Source: Felis catus
Taxonomy: Eukaryota
Direction of reading: 5' to 3'
NCBI RefSeq assembly: GCF_018350175.1
Contig: NC_058368.1
Location: forward strand, 129,830,001 to 129,894,000
Length of the DNA stretch: 64,000 bases
In this document: piece after piece, positions 24,875 to 36,759 of the stretch
Numbering within the stretch: position 1 is the stretch's first letter
How the letters are laid out: every line of letters begins with the position of its first letter
Program-made: the position numbers and the translations under genes
The notes under the pieces: model-generated
Database searches by the model: none
What the model was told of the DNA's origin: nothing
The model's input: the letters and a program-made list of their open reading frames with translations, nothing else

Positions 24875-26500
24875 AAAAAATTTTTTATTCATTTTTGAGA
24901 AAGAGAGAGAGAGACAGAGGATGAGTGGGGGAGGGGCAGAGAGAGAGGGAGACACAGAATCTGAAGCAGGCTCCAGGCTCTGACCTGTTGGCACAGAGCC
25001 GGATGTGGGGCTCAAACTCGTGAACTGCGAAATCATGACCTGAGCTGAAGTCTGACACTTAACCTACTGAGCCACCCAGGTGCCCCTTTACAGTTTGTTT
25101 TAGTGATTAGAATAGTTCTCTCTGCTTCACACCTCAGTATCTCCCAGAATTTGGGTAGAGAAAGAGACCCTTTTTGATTCTTAACCTAACAACTAATATA
25201 GTGAGTGGCACAAAATTGGTTCTCCAGAAGTATATGAACTGAGCTCTTTGTCCCAGACTCTATGGACTTCTTGGGAACAAAGTTCAAAAGCAGGGGGAGG
25301 AAGGACAGAGTATATACTTCTGTTGAAGACCTGGATGGAGCAAGCTACTGGGGGGAGGTAGGGGTGGAAACTGTAGCAGCTTCCAGCAGAACAGGTGAAT
25401 GGTGATGGTAAAGTGAAGCATAAAAGATAGAAGTACATAGGCTTAAGGATTGCCTTGCTCTGAAGGTCCAGACAAGTGTGAAGATGTGTATGTGTGTATG
25501 AACACTCTGCACTGTCTTTGCTGTAGGTAAGAATTGCTCTGGAGGCTGACCGTGATTTTTTCTTTTTTTTAAATTTTTTTTTTCAACGTTTTTTATTTAT
25601 TTTTGGGACAGAGAGAGACAGAGCATGAACGGGGGAGGGGCAGAGAGAGAGGGAGACGCAGAATCGGAAACAGGCTCCAGGCTCCGAGCCATCAGCCCAG
25701 AACCTGACGCGGGGCTCGAACTCATGGACCGCGAGATCGTGACCTGGCTGAAGTCGGACGCTTAACCGACTGCGCCACCTAGGCGCCCCAGTGATTTTAT
25801 TTTTCAAGTAGTAGTTCCCAAAATGCTCAAACCAGTAAGTGAAAGAACAACTGTTGAGAAACAGAATAGTTCCAGCCATAGATAATTTGCTGAGTACAAT
25901 GTAGAAACAAACAGACCTTTAGAGTGAGGATGTCTGTCAGTCACCAGCTCACCTAGGGACATGGCCTTTTTCTTTTTTGAGTTGGGTGGAGATGAGTTCT
26001 GCCAGAACCTTTTCTCTGTTATTTTTGAATTTTTTGAATTTTTATTATTTTTTTTTAAGTTTATTTTATTTATTTATTTTTTAACATTTATTTATTTTGA
26101 GACAGAGACAGACAGAGCATGAACAGGGGAGGGTCAGAGAGAGGGAGACACAGAATCTGAAACAGGCTCCAGGCTCTGAGCTGTCAGCACAGAGCCCGAC
26201 GCGGGGCTCGAACTCATGGACCGTGAGATCATGACCTGAGCCGAAGTCGGACGCCTAACCGACCGAGCCACCCAGGCGCCCCTGAATTTTTTTTTTTTTT
26301 TTAACGTTTATTCTTGAGAGAGAGAAAGAGAGTGTGAGTAAGCAGGGAAGGGGCAGAGAGGGAGGGAGACGCAATCTGAAGAGGCTCCAACCTCTGAGCT
26401 GTTAGCACAGAGCCTCATGTGGGGCTTGAACTCAAGAATTGTGGGATCATGACCTGGGCCTAAGTCAGATGCTTAACCAACTGAGCCACCTAGGCACCCT
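24875..26500 (-). mobile_element. Four antisense CAN-SINEs (about 24875-25086, 25555-25789, 26030-26283, 26287-26500)
   Basis: Complete SINE bodies with TSDs such as tttacagtt and ttttctctgttatt. Confidence 0.88.
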
Positions 26501-26868
26501 GTTTTTCTCTGTTATTATATTCATATATTCACATATTCTTCCAGTGACTTTGTTGGTACAGATGTAAAAGTCCGGACTTCTTTTTTTTTTTTTTTTTTTT
26601 TCTCCTGCAAGGTCACACATGATCTGTTCCTGTCTGCTTCTTCAACCTCGTCTGGTTCCATTTTCTCCTTTTCTCATTAAGTGTCAATCGTATTGGCCTT
26701 CTTAAGTTTGTTTCTGATCTTAAGGCCTTGTTTTCATTTGTTTTCCCTGTCTGTCTGGAGCCCTGCTTTCAGATCTTTGCCTGCCTGTGTCTCTTGTCTT
26801 TCACGTCTCTTTTAAATGTCACTTAAGAGAAGCCTTCCCTGAAGACCCAATCTAAAGTAACACATTCA

Positions 26869-29800
26869 GAGGCACCTGGGTGGCTCAGTTGTTTGAGTGT
26901 CCGACTTTTAATATCACCTCAGGTCATGATCCCAGGGTGGTGGGATTGACCGCATTGGACTCTGTGCTGAGCGTGGAGCCTGCTTAAGATTTTTTCTCTC
27001 TCCCTCTCTCACCCACTTGTGCACGTGCACACTCTCTCTCTCTCTAAAAAATAAAAATATAAAATAACACATTCATTTACAGTCGATATTTAACATGATT
27101 GTATTTTCTTCATATTACTCCTTCCTCCCTCTCTCCCTCCCTCTCTTTCTTTCACAGAAATACCTTTTTCCATTGGAATGTATGCAGCCTGAAGTTAGGG
27201 ACACTATTTTGTTTGCTGCACTATTTTATTCTCAGCACCTAGAACAATGCCTGGTACATAGCAGGCTTTCAGCAGTTTTATTGAATAAATCCATTAATTA
27301 GCTGTCATGTGGTACAGTGTAAAGTACTCTTTTGTTCAAAATCACTTACCTTTATTCACCAGATACCAATAAAGCATATGTCCTGTATCTTGTTGGGCTC
27401 CTGGTACTACAAAGTTGTCAGTTTTGTCCCTGAAGGTAGACAGTATTAGATACTGATTAAGACCATTGGCTTTGGTGTTCAAGTTCAAGCACTGCTGTTT
27501 AGTAGATTGTGGCCTTGGAAAGGTAAGGTCTCTAATCCTTTAGTTTTTTACCTAAAATATGGGGATAATTGGGGAGCCTGGGTGGCTCACTTGGTTAAGC
27601 GTCCAACTTCAGCTCAGGCCATGATCTCACGGTTTGTGGGTTCGAGCCCCGCATCGGGCTCTGTGCTGACAGCTCAGAGCTTGGAGCCTGCTTCAGATTC
27701 TGTGCCTCCCTCTCTCTCTGCTCTTTCCCTCGCTCATGCTCTGTCTCTCTCTTGCTCTTTCTCTCTCAAAAAGAAACATTAAAAAAATTAAAGGAAAATG
27801 GGGATAAAGATATCTACTACATAGATTTATTACTAGGAATAAATAAATGAATAAAGAAAGCATTTAGTACAATGCTTGGCATATATATGTATATGCTCAG
27901 ATATTGGTACTTTTTTTTTTCCTTTTTTGTTTTTAAGTTTATTTACTTCTTTTGAGAGAGAGTGTGTGTGTGCACACAAGCAGGGGAGGGGCAGAGAAAG
28001 AGGAGGAGAGAGAATCCCAAGCAGGCTCCATGCTGTTAGTACAGAGCCCAATGCAGAGCTTGAACTCACAAACTGAAATCATGACCTGCGCTGAAACCAA
28101 GAGTTGGACACTTAAATCAACTGAGTCACCTAGGCGCCCCAGATACTGGCTCTTTTTAAGAAAAATTTTTATTTTGAGATGCCTGTGTGGGTCCTTTGGT
28201 TGAGTGCCTGACTTTGGCTCAGGTCATGATCTTGCGGTTCATGAGTTCGGGTCCCATGTCGGGCTGTGTGCTGACATCTCAGAGCCTGTAGCCTGCTTCA
28301 GTTCAGATTCTGTGTCTCCCTCTCTCTCTGCCCCTGCCCTACTCATGCCCTGTCTCTGTCTCTGTCTCAAATATAAACATTAAAAAAAAATTAAAAAAAG
28401 AAAGAAAAATGTTTATTTTAGCCAGGTGCTCTTCCATTAATTGAGGGAGAATCACTGAATTTAGTGTTTTCCATACCCTGGACAATTCCTTGTAAGAACT
28501 ACAGATCAATGCTGGTCTGTTCTTCTTTTATAGGAATGTATGATCGAAACTACTGTACATTTTGACATCCACTGAGTTGCTGCAGAGCTGGATTTTCAGG
28601 TGTACCTCAGTTGTAGATCTTCAAAAGTTGTATTTCTCATACTTTGGCAGTGATAAGATTTACCTAGAGAACTTACTACTAAGGCACTCATTTTTGACCC
28701 TCAGCCCCCATTTTCAGGATGGAGGTTTGGAGAGAGAATTGAGAATTTTTATTTCTGTGAGGTGATGCTGGGATTTCTAAAGTAGGGCTTTTCAAAGTTA
28801 CCCGAATGGGGCGCCTGGGTGGCGCAGTCGGTTAAGCGTCCGACTTCAGCCAGGTCACGATCTCGCGGTCCGGGAGTTCGAGCCCCGCGTCAGGCTCTGG
28901 GCTGATGGCTCAGAGCCTGTAGCCTGTTTCCGATTCTGTGTCTCCCTCTCTCGCTGCCCCTCCCCCGTTCATGCTCTGTCTCTCTCTATCCCAAAAATAA
29001 ATAAACGTTGAAAAAAAATTAAAAAAAAAAAAAAAACAAACAAAAACAAAGTTACCCGAATACAGTAGCCACTAGCCACATGCGGCTGTTGAGTACTTGA
29101 AAGGTGGCTAGTTCAAAATATGATGTGCTTTAAGTGTAAAGTACACAGGACTTTGTAGACTTAGTATTAAGAAAAGCGTAAAATATCAAAATTAGTTTTT
29201 TCAAAATATTGATTATATGTTAAAATGGTAATGTTTGGGATATATCCAGTTAAATATAATAGTAAAAATAATTCCACATCTTTTCACTTCTTAATGTGGT
29301 TGCTAGAAAATGTAAAATTGCATACATGACTTGCTTTTGTGCCTTGTATTATATTTCTCTTAGAAAAACATACTGCCCGTCTCTTAAAAATATCTTCTAA
29401 GGTCTCCATAAAGTAAATTTCTCTGAGATAGCCTGTTTTTGAAATCATACATTACCAACAAACCCTCTAAATTGAGTGAAAATCCATTCACTTGTTTTCA
29501 GGTGATAATAAACACAGAGACTTACATTGTTCAAGGAACTCCAGGTTAGGGAGGGAGGCAATATATATTTACAAGGCATCCTAGTCAGTTCTAAAATACA
29601 GACCAGAGCAGACTACTAATTTAAAATTTGAGTTTACTTCCATTGCTAATTGGTAGTATTTGTGTTCCACTTATCGTATCCTAGCCCTGCTTTACTCACA
29701 CAGGCTTTAAAATTGTTGGTTTTCCTGGGGCGCCTGGGTGGCTCAGTCGGTGGAGCATCCAACTTCAGCTCAGGTCATGATCTCAGTCTGTGAGTTTGAG

Positions 29801-29960
29801 CCCCACGTCAGGCCCTGTGCTGACAGCCCTGAGCCTCAAGCCTGCTTCAGATTCTGTGTCTCCCTCTCTCTCTTTCTGCCCCTCCCCCACTCATGCTCTG
29901 TCTCAATCTCTCTCTCTTTCTCTGTCAAAAATAAATAAATGTTAAAAAAAAAATTTTAAA
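26869..29960. mobile_element. SINE cluster: plus 26869-27065, plus 27570-27797, minus 27911-28140, plus 28176-28405, plus 28807-29046, plus 29727-29960; MER3/MER33-like hAT fossil about 28782-29365
   Basis: SINE heads and tails, TSD caaagttacccgaat around 28807-29046, and MER3/33 signature tagccactagccacatgcggctgttgagtacttgaaa. Confidence 0.85.
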
Positions 29961-30992
29961 AATTGTAAGTTTTCCTTGAAAAGTTTAATATTTTGTGCCA
30001 TTTCTTGTTGAGTCAGCATTTGGATCCTCCTTTTCATTAGTCTTTGCAATTTAATTACAACTCTTAGGAATTGGTTGCTTTGGCTGTATTTATGGGTTAA
30101 TGACCTTCATACTTTTACTATCTGGAACAGTCTTCAGTTTTAGATAGAATTACAATCACAAGGCTGATTCTCAGTCACTTTTGCTTTGAGATTTATTTTC
30201 TGTTTTTAGCTTTCAATTTTAATCTTACATGCTTCATATAAGCATTTTGTGCACAATTATACGTACTTGGGTCATTATACAATTGTACACTGTTTCGGGG
30301 GTGATTAGAAACAATGCTTAGAAAACTATCAATAAATTGCTAAATGTATTTTTAGAATGGCTTCAGATATTTGGTATAGGATTAGATGATCCAGTCCTTA
30401 AGGTTTATATTTTTATATTATATTTTATGTTTATTGATTTAGTTCATTTTTCCCCCACAGTATTTCTTGAATAGACCTTTGTCTTTTAAATTTTAGAAAA
30501 TACTTTGAACACGTGTTATTGATGGAATATAAGATGATGTTATGAGGTACTTAGCAATAAGTCAAAGAATAAATTTCTTTTTCCTTTTTCTTCCTTTGGT
30601 CTTAGTAGGGATAAAGTGGTAAATTCTTATAACACTTAATATTCTTCTTTTAAAAACTAGGAAGGTATTATACTTGGCCTTAGGCAGACCATGATATTTA
30701 ATCAGAATTTAGTTCTTTGGTTTTTGTGTGTGGGTTTCTTATTTGCAGTTTACTATTACCTTCTACTAATGGGACACTGAAGACAGTTTCCATCAGAAAT
30801 AAGTTGATTTAAGCAGAAGTTAGTTGAATTACCAAAATTCTAAGTTAGAAATCCAGCAGAAACATGCGAGGGTAGGTGAATGAAGTACAGGAATAATTCA
30901 GATCTTTGAACCTTTTTCTCCACTTATGTTACTGTTGATTTTTTATGTATAATGTTGATTCACATATGTTAACTTATCTTTACCAGGTGTCC

Positions 30993-31130
30993 ATGGATCT
31001 CAATAGTGCCAGCACTGTTGTTCTTCAGGTCTTAACACAGGCCACCAGTCAGGATACTGCTGTATTAAAACCAGCAGAGGAGCAATTGAAACAGTGGGAG
31101 ACACAGCCAGGTTTCTATTCAGTGTTATTG
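30993..31130 (+). CDS. IPO11: Importin-11 coding exon 2 (exon starts 30987; ATG 30993), aa 1-46 MDLNSASTVVLQVLTQATSQDTAVLKPAEEQLKQWETQPGFYSVLL
   Basis: Acceptor ctttaccag|GTGTCCATGG, donor TTG|gtaagt, 138 coding nt, phase 0. The peptide matches the importin-11 N-terminus (start of the importin-beta N-terminal domain). Confidence 0.97.
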
Positions 31131-33518
31131 GTAAGTTGTTGTAAAATAGTTGATTACTATTTTTAATAAAACGAGACACCATTCATTTAATTGTTCTCAG
31201 AATCTACTTGTACTGGTGGTTTACTTTAGTGAAACTGATGCAGATGTTTGCCTGTCATTGCCACTGCCGTTTATTCAGGGCATGGCACTTGAGAGTGTTG
31301 AAATGTTTGTTGATTGTTGAATAGATAACTGAACAGGGTATTGGTAATGTCTGCTCAGAAGGCAGGACACTGCTGATACTCTGTTTTAGCATGTTAATGC
31401 TGACTTCAGGACTGTAGACAGTACACTTTCATGTTTTGTCTTTATTCTTGCCCCAGTTAATTTATGTTGTCACAGTTGTTCAGTCTCTCTACTGCAGCAT
31501 AAGTCTGATCTCCCTTTGCTCAGTGGGTTGCTTTATTATTATTATTTTTTTATTGCTTATTTATTTATTTTGACAGAAAGCTTGGGGGAGGGGCAGAGAG
31601 AGAGAGAGAGAGGGAGAGAGAGAATCCCAAGCAGGTTCCATGCTGTTAGTGCAGAGCTGGCTGTGGGGCTTGATCTCAGGGACTGTGAGATCATGACCTG
31701 AACCAAGATCAAGAGTAGGATGTTCTACTGGCTGAGCCACCTGGGGGCCCTTTATGCTTTAACTAAACTTTTCTAGGAGTTCAAAGCTTTGGTTTATAAA
31801 AATTATTTTCTGAATGCCAGAATAAAAGAATGTCTTTTTTGTATTGACAGTCTTCTTTATTCTTTTCCTTCTTATGAAAATTTCGCAACTCTGATGAGTT
31901 TTTTTTTTTGCATTTGGCAAGGGCAGTAAGGCTGCCAGTTGGATCACAATTTGATCCAATTTTGAGACTTGGTTGCAAATGCCGAACAAACTCTTCACCA
32001 TATCTTTTTTTTGTTTTTGTTTTTTTTTTGAGAGCATGAACAGGTAGGGTGGGGAGAAAGGTGGAGTGGGTGGGGGGAAAGAGAGAGAGAGAGAGAACAG
32101 AGAAAGAAAGGAAAGAAGGAAGAAAAGGACAAGAAAAGGGAAGGAAAGAAAGAAAAGAAGGAAGAAAAGGAAAAGGAAAGAAAGGAGAATCTTAAGCAGG
32201 CTCCATGCTCAGTGTAGAGCCAGACATGGGGCTTGATCCCATGACCCTGGAATCATGACCTGAGCCCAGAATCAAGAGTCGGATACTCAACCGGCTGAGC
32301 CACCCAAGTACCCCTTGTTTACTATATCTTATAAAAATAGAAGATTATGAAAGTTGACATACATATTCTTGATTTCATGGCTAAAATGCTTGATTTACTT
32401 GTTAAACTTAGGAAGATACTAGTCATACCTAGAATCATACTTGATATTCTGAATATAAGTGAAAGTTGGGTGTTTGGCCCAGTGGAAAAAAGGTAAAAAA
32501 CATTGATTAAAAAATAAAAACAGGTTGCTTTTTAAAGATACTAAAGATAATATTCTATCCTTTTTTGGATAACCCTACTGTCACGTTTGTAAAATTTGGG
32601 TACAGAATATTTCTGAGTATCTTTATTCTTCATATGTTTATTTCAATGAATATACTGGATAATTAGCCTTGTGTTTTTTCAGGCTAAAATATAAAACACT
32701 TGTGGTATTTCTTATTTGGGTTACTCCCAGACCTTAAAAAAAAAACAGTAGCTTGCTGATTAACTGTTTGCTTTTTGTGCAGTTATGAATTATTACTTTT
32801 AAGTGCCTAAGCCTTTTGTTTTTATATTTACTAGCTCTACTTTTCTTCTTAGAGGGATAGTAAAATTTCTTTTAGATGGGATGGATTATAACAGATGGAG
32901 AAATTAAGTTACAGGCAGGAATTTTTTACTTTTCCCTGAACTCACTGTCTTGGTACTTTTAATCTCTTGTTGCCTTAGCTGTTCTTTCTAGTTTGGAGGT
33001 GGAAAATTTGCATTCCTGATCTTCAGACTTGTGTTCCTGTCTTGTTCTTCAAAGTACTTCAGGAATATTTCTACTTGGATTGACACCTGCAGCTTGACTT
33101 TTCTTGGTTCGCGAAGTTTAGGCGAGACAGGCAGATAGCCACCAACTTTCCACATTATTTCCATCCATTTGTTCATTTGCTCCTCAGGTATTTATGACTC
33201 CGTCTTTTGTGGAAGGCAGACATGTAAAGTGTTAAAATCGAATGCGATTAATGTGGTGGAAAAGTCCATTCTTTCTTTTGCAAAGGAGACCCAAAAGAGG
33301 GTCTCTGTCTTAGTTGTCAGGGGTATTAAGGAATAAATGGACATTACACAACTCTCTTTGTAAATTTTTTTTATTTCTGGTATGTACGTGGTTTTCTAAA
33401 AATGGGATATTTCTAAAAACATACCTGTTTTTTATAGCTTACATGTGATGTTTTTCTGTAGTAAGGAACATATGTCTGCATCATTGCTTTTGGTTTTGAG
33501 GTTTTCCCACACAAGGTT

Positions 33519-33566
33519 GTGTTTAGGAGTTCAACTTTGGGAGTGTTTAGGAGTTCAACTTTGGGA
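33519..33566. repeat. Perfect 24-bp tandem duplication gtgtttaggagttcaactttggga x2
   Basis: Directly readable. Confidence 0.95.
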
Positions 33567-34650
33567 ATTTGAGTAGTTTATGGTCTGAAGTATAGTGCAA
33601 TTTCAGTCAGTTAAGATACTCCTCATTTCCCCTATGTAACCACTAACCTAGATAAGTTTTTTATAAAGAAACAAAACACTTTATGGGCACCTGGGTGGCT
33701 CAGTCGGTTTGAGCATCCTGAGCATTCGGCTCAGGTCACACTCTTCATGGTTTGTGAGTTCAAGCCCTGCATCGGGCTCTATGCTGACAGTAGTGGGGGC
33801 CTGCTTTGGATTCTCTGTCTCCCTCTCTGTCTGCCCCTCCCCTGCTTGCTCTTTCTCCATCTCTCTCTCAAAAATAAATAAACATTAAAAAAAAAAGAAA
33901 TAAAACACTTTAATTCTGTGTTTGTGTTGTCTTAAATTAGTGTTAACATTTGTTGTATTTTTATTTCCATATACAAGTGTTAGTTATGAATTTTTGTTAA
34001 TTTTAGTAATTTTTTTGGTAAAAATTTATAAAGGTCACAGAACAGTTATAATTTTCTCCTTGATCATTAAGACCTTGTTGCATGGTTTATTTGCACAGTC
34101 ATTTTTATGATCTCCTGCAGCTCTGCAAAGCAAGGACTGTACTTGAATTAATGTTCTGTCACATTTATTTGTAAGCTTGATTATTTTGATAAGAGAATAC
34201 TTTAAAATAACTTCTTTCATAGCATGTGCTGATAATGCAGGGGCTTTGACTCCTTAGAATCTTTGAATGTATGCTTTGGTGGGTCTACTTTTGTTTTTAA
34301 TTGAGAAGATATTTATTTCAGTGTTTTGTGTGTAGGTTGTGATATATAATTAGGTTTCTTTTTTTCTGAGTTTAATTTTTTATTAGGAAAATTTTCAGAC
34401 ATCTAAAAGTAGACTAGTTAAATGGATCCCAAATATTTATTACTCAGCTTAAAAATGAACATACTTCTACCATGTGTGCTTTCTTACATGAACTCTGGAG
34501 CTCATAGAGATTTAGAAAACATGTTCTCTGTAGCAATAACACTTAAGTGAAACATTTAAAGTGTTATCCATATTTCACTATGGGTAAAGTAATTATACTT
34601 TAACTTATGACATGTTCATTTTAATGCTTTGTTTTTTGTTTTTTTTACAG

Positions 34651-34751
34651 AATATTTTTACAAACCACACTCTGGATATAAATGTAAGGTGGCTTGCTGT
34701 GCTATATTTTAAGAATGGAATTGATCGTTATTGGAGACGTGTAGCACCTCA
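34651..34751 (+). CDS. IPO11: Importin-11 exon 3, NIFTNHTLDINVRWLAVLYFKNGIDRYWRRVAP(H)
   Basis: Acceptor ttttttacag|, donor TCA|gtaagt, 101 nt, ends in phase 2. Contains the IBN_N-type R-x-LA-x-x-Y-x-KN-x-I-x-x-x-W motif. Confidence 0.97.
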
Positions 34752-35466
34752 GTAAGTTCTGTCACTCTCCCTGGCCCATGTAATCCTTTCCAAATTCGGG
34801 GGGGTATACAGATGTTCCTCTTAATCTTTATTCTTCATGTGGAAGAATGCATTTGTGCTTGCTTCAGCACACACATTAAGTTAGAACAGTGCAAGGAAGG
34901 TCAGCATGGTCCCTGTGTAGGATGACATTCACTTTCTTAAAGCATTTGATATTTAAAAGAAAAATGTGTTAACTACTGAAGAAGTAAAGGGTTCTATATG
35001 TCAGTATTTCTATTACTGCCTTTCTCCCCGAGTTATTTTTATTTAAGAGGGAGGCTGTGGATTTCTTGCTGTCTTTTGCTTTTGAGGGTATCTAATTTTA
35101 TGGGCACAAAAATGCTAGGTGAATGAATTAGGTTGCAAAGTTTTGGTTTTTTTTTGCTGTTTTTTTTTTTTTAAGAGAAGTATGAGATTAGGATTTTGAA
35201 AAAAAGTTACTGAGAAGGAAATCCCAGGTCATTTTACCTTCCAAGTCTTCTGCATAATTGCCTTTGTGGTGGGAATAGGGTCGTAGCCATTTGTCATCCC
35301 CTCAGATTGAGTTGTAACTGCTCTATAGATGGTTAAGTGAACAGATATCTCTTGATAGTTAATTACATGTTATGTAATAGATGGAAATTAAGTATAGACA
35401 TGACCCTTGAATTCATTTGATAAAATATAGTGAACTTTGCTAAAGAAGTAACTTAGTCTTTGTTCC

Positions 35467-35481
35467 CCAGTAGATGGCACT
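35467..35481 (+). promoter_or_regulatory. Candidate CTCF site CCAGTAGATGGCACT
   Basis: 15/15 match to the CCASYAGRKGGCRSY core, in non-repeat DNA. Confidence 0.6.
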
Positions 35482-36759
35482 ATAGCTCTTTATGTTCTTT
35501 ATATTCATAAGTCCTTAAAAAAATAAACTTGTCACAGTACTTCAAGGTGCGTATAGAATATGCTCTTGAATAATATTAGAAGCAATAAGCATATTTAAAG
35601 AAAATTTTTTTGATGTTTGTGTATTTTTGAGAGAGAAAGGGAGAGCATGAGCAGGGGAGGGACAGAGAGATAGGGAGACAGAATCTGAAGCAGGCCCCAG
35701 GCTCTGAGCTGTCAGCCCAGAGCCCAATGCTGGGCTCAAACTCATGAGCCATGAGATCATAACCTGAGCCAAAGTCAGACACTTAACCGACTGAGGCACC
35801 CAGGCACTCCAAAACAACTAGAGTATTGTAAGGCTGCACTAAGGGTACTGTAATATAAAATAAACATTTCTCTTACTTTAGAATTCATAATTTTGAGAGA
35901 AATGAAGCAGTGATGAGGAATTGTGTATTATTGATTTACTGGAACCATTGCAGCACTGCACGCCTTTCTATTGCTCTGTCCAATTGAATTTTAGATAGCT
36001 CTGAAAATTCATTCTGTTTTACCAGTTAATATGAAGAATATGGTTACCAATGACAATTTTGGAAGGTAGAATTAAAGGTAGATTCAATATTTCAGATCAT
36101 ACATTCACATAAAGAATTGAAAATGGGAATTTAGTTTAAATATGAAAAGTTAAAGGGGATATATGGTATTAGGTAGTTAAATCTGAAGCTTTTTCTTGTA
36201 GTATATATTGAGATATACCCTGGAATGGAGATGAATGTGGGGAGGGAGCAAGGATGGTAAGAATGTACTCAGAAACGCAGCAAGGGAGCAACACTCAGTT
36301 ATAGAACTCATTTAAATTTAACACACTTAAAACATCTGCTTGTGTGTGTTCTTATCTAAGTTTCATCTTATATAGTTCCTGCCCCTACTGCTATTTTCAC
36401 AGAATGAGCATCAATTTGAACTTACAGATCATTACTGTATATAATTCAACTTTAACTGGGTCCTAATTAATTAGATACTATGCAGTTTGTGCTTGGAAAC
36501 TAATCTGAATTCATCTAATGATAGCATGTGCATGAAATTAAAGGTGCGGTGTTAACCATTAGTGGAGAATTGCTAAAGACATGAGTTTTCTCCAGGTTAA
36601 TATCTAAGTTGGAAGTACAACACAATCATAAAAGGATTAAAGCGATCATTTCTCATGGGAAAGCCTAGACTTGCATTAGGCTTTGACTCTTTTTCACCTG
36701 AACGTTTATCTTAATCTTGTTTTCTCATTTGTTTACTCAACTGGTCATAGTTAAGGTTT

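Larger units (their letters stand above)
31535..35810. mobile_element. CAN-SINEs in introns 2-3 (minus 31535-31750, minus 32005-32314 with purine expansion, plus 33684-33900, minus 35600-35810)
   Basis: SINE heads, bodies and tails are recognisable. Confidence 0.85.

Noticed and set aside
30945..30992. In-frame upstream ATGs extending exon 2 (MYNVDSHMLTYLYQVS)
   Set aside because: They lie in the intronic branch and pyrimidine region upstream of the acceptor at 30986, and there is no promoter evidence there.
32985..33190. Possible cryptic exon in intron 2
   Set aside because: The acceptor is plausible but the donor CAG|gtattt is weak and the translation is unrecognisable.
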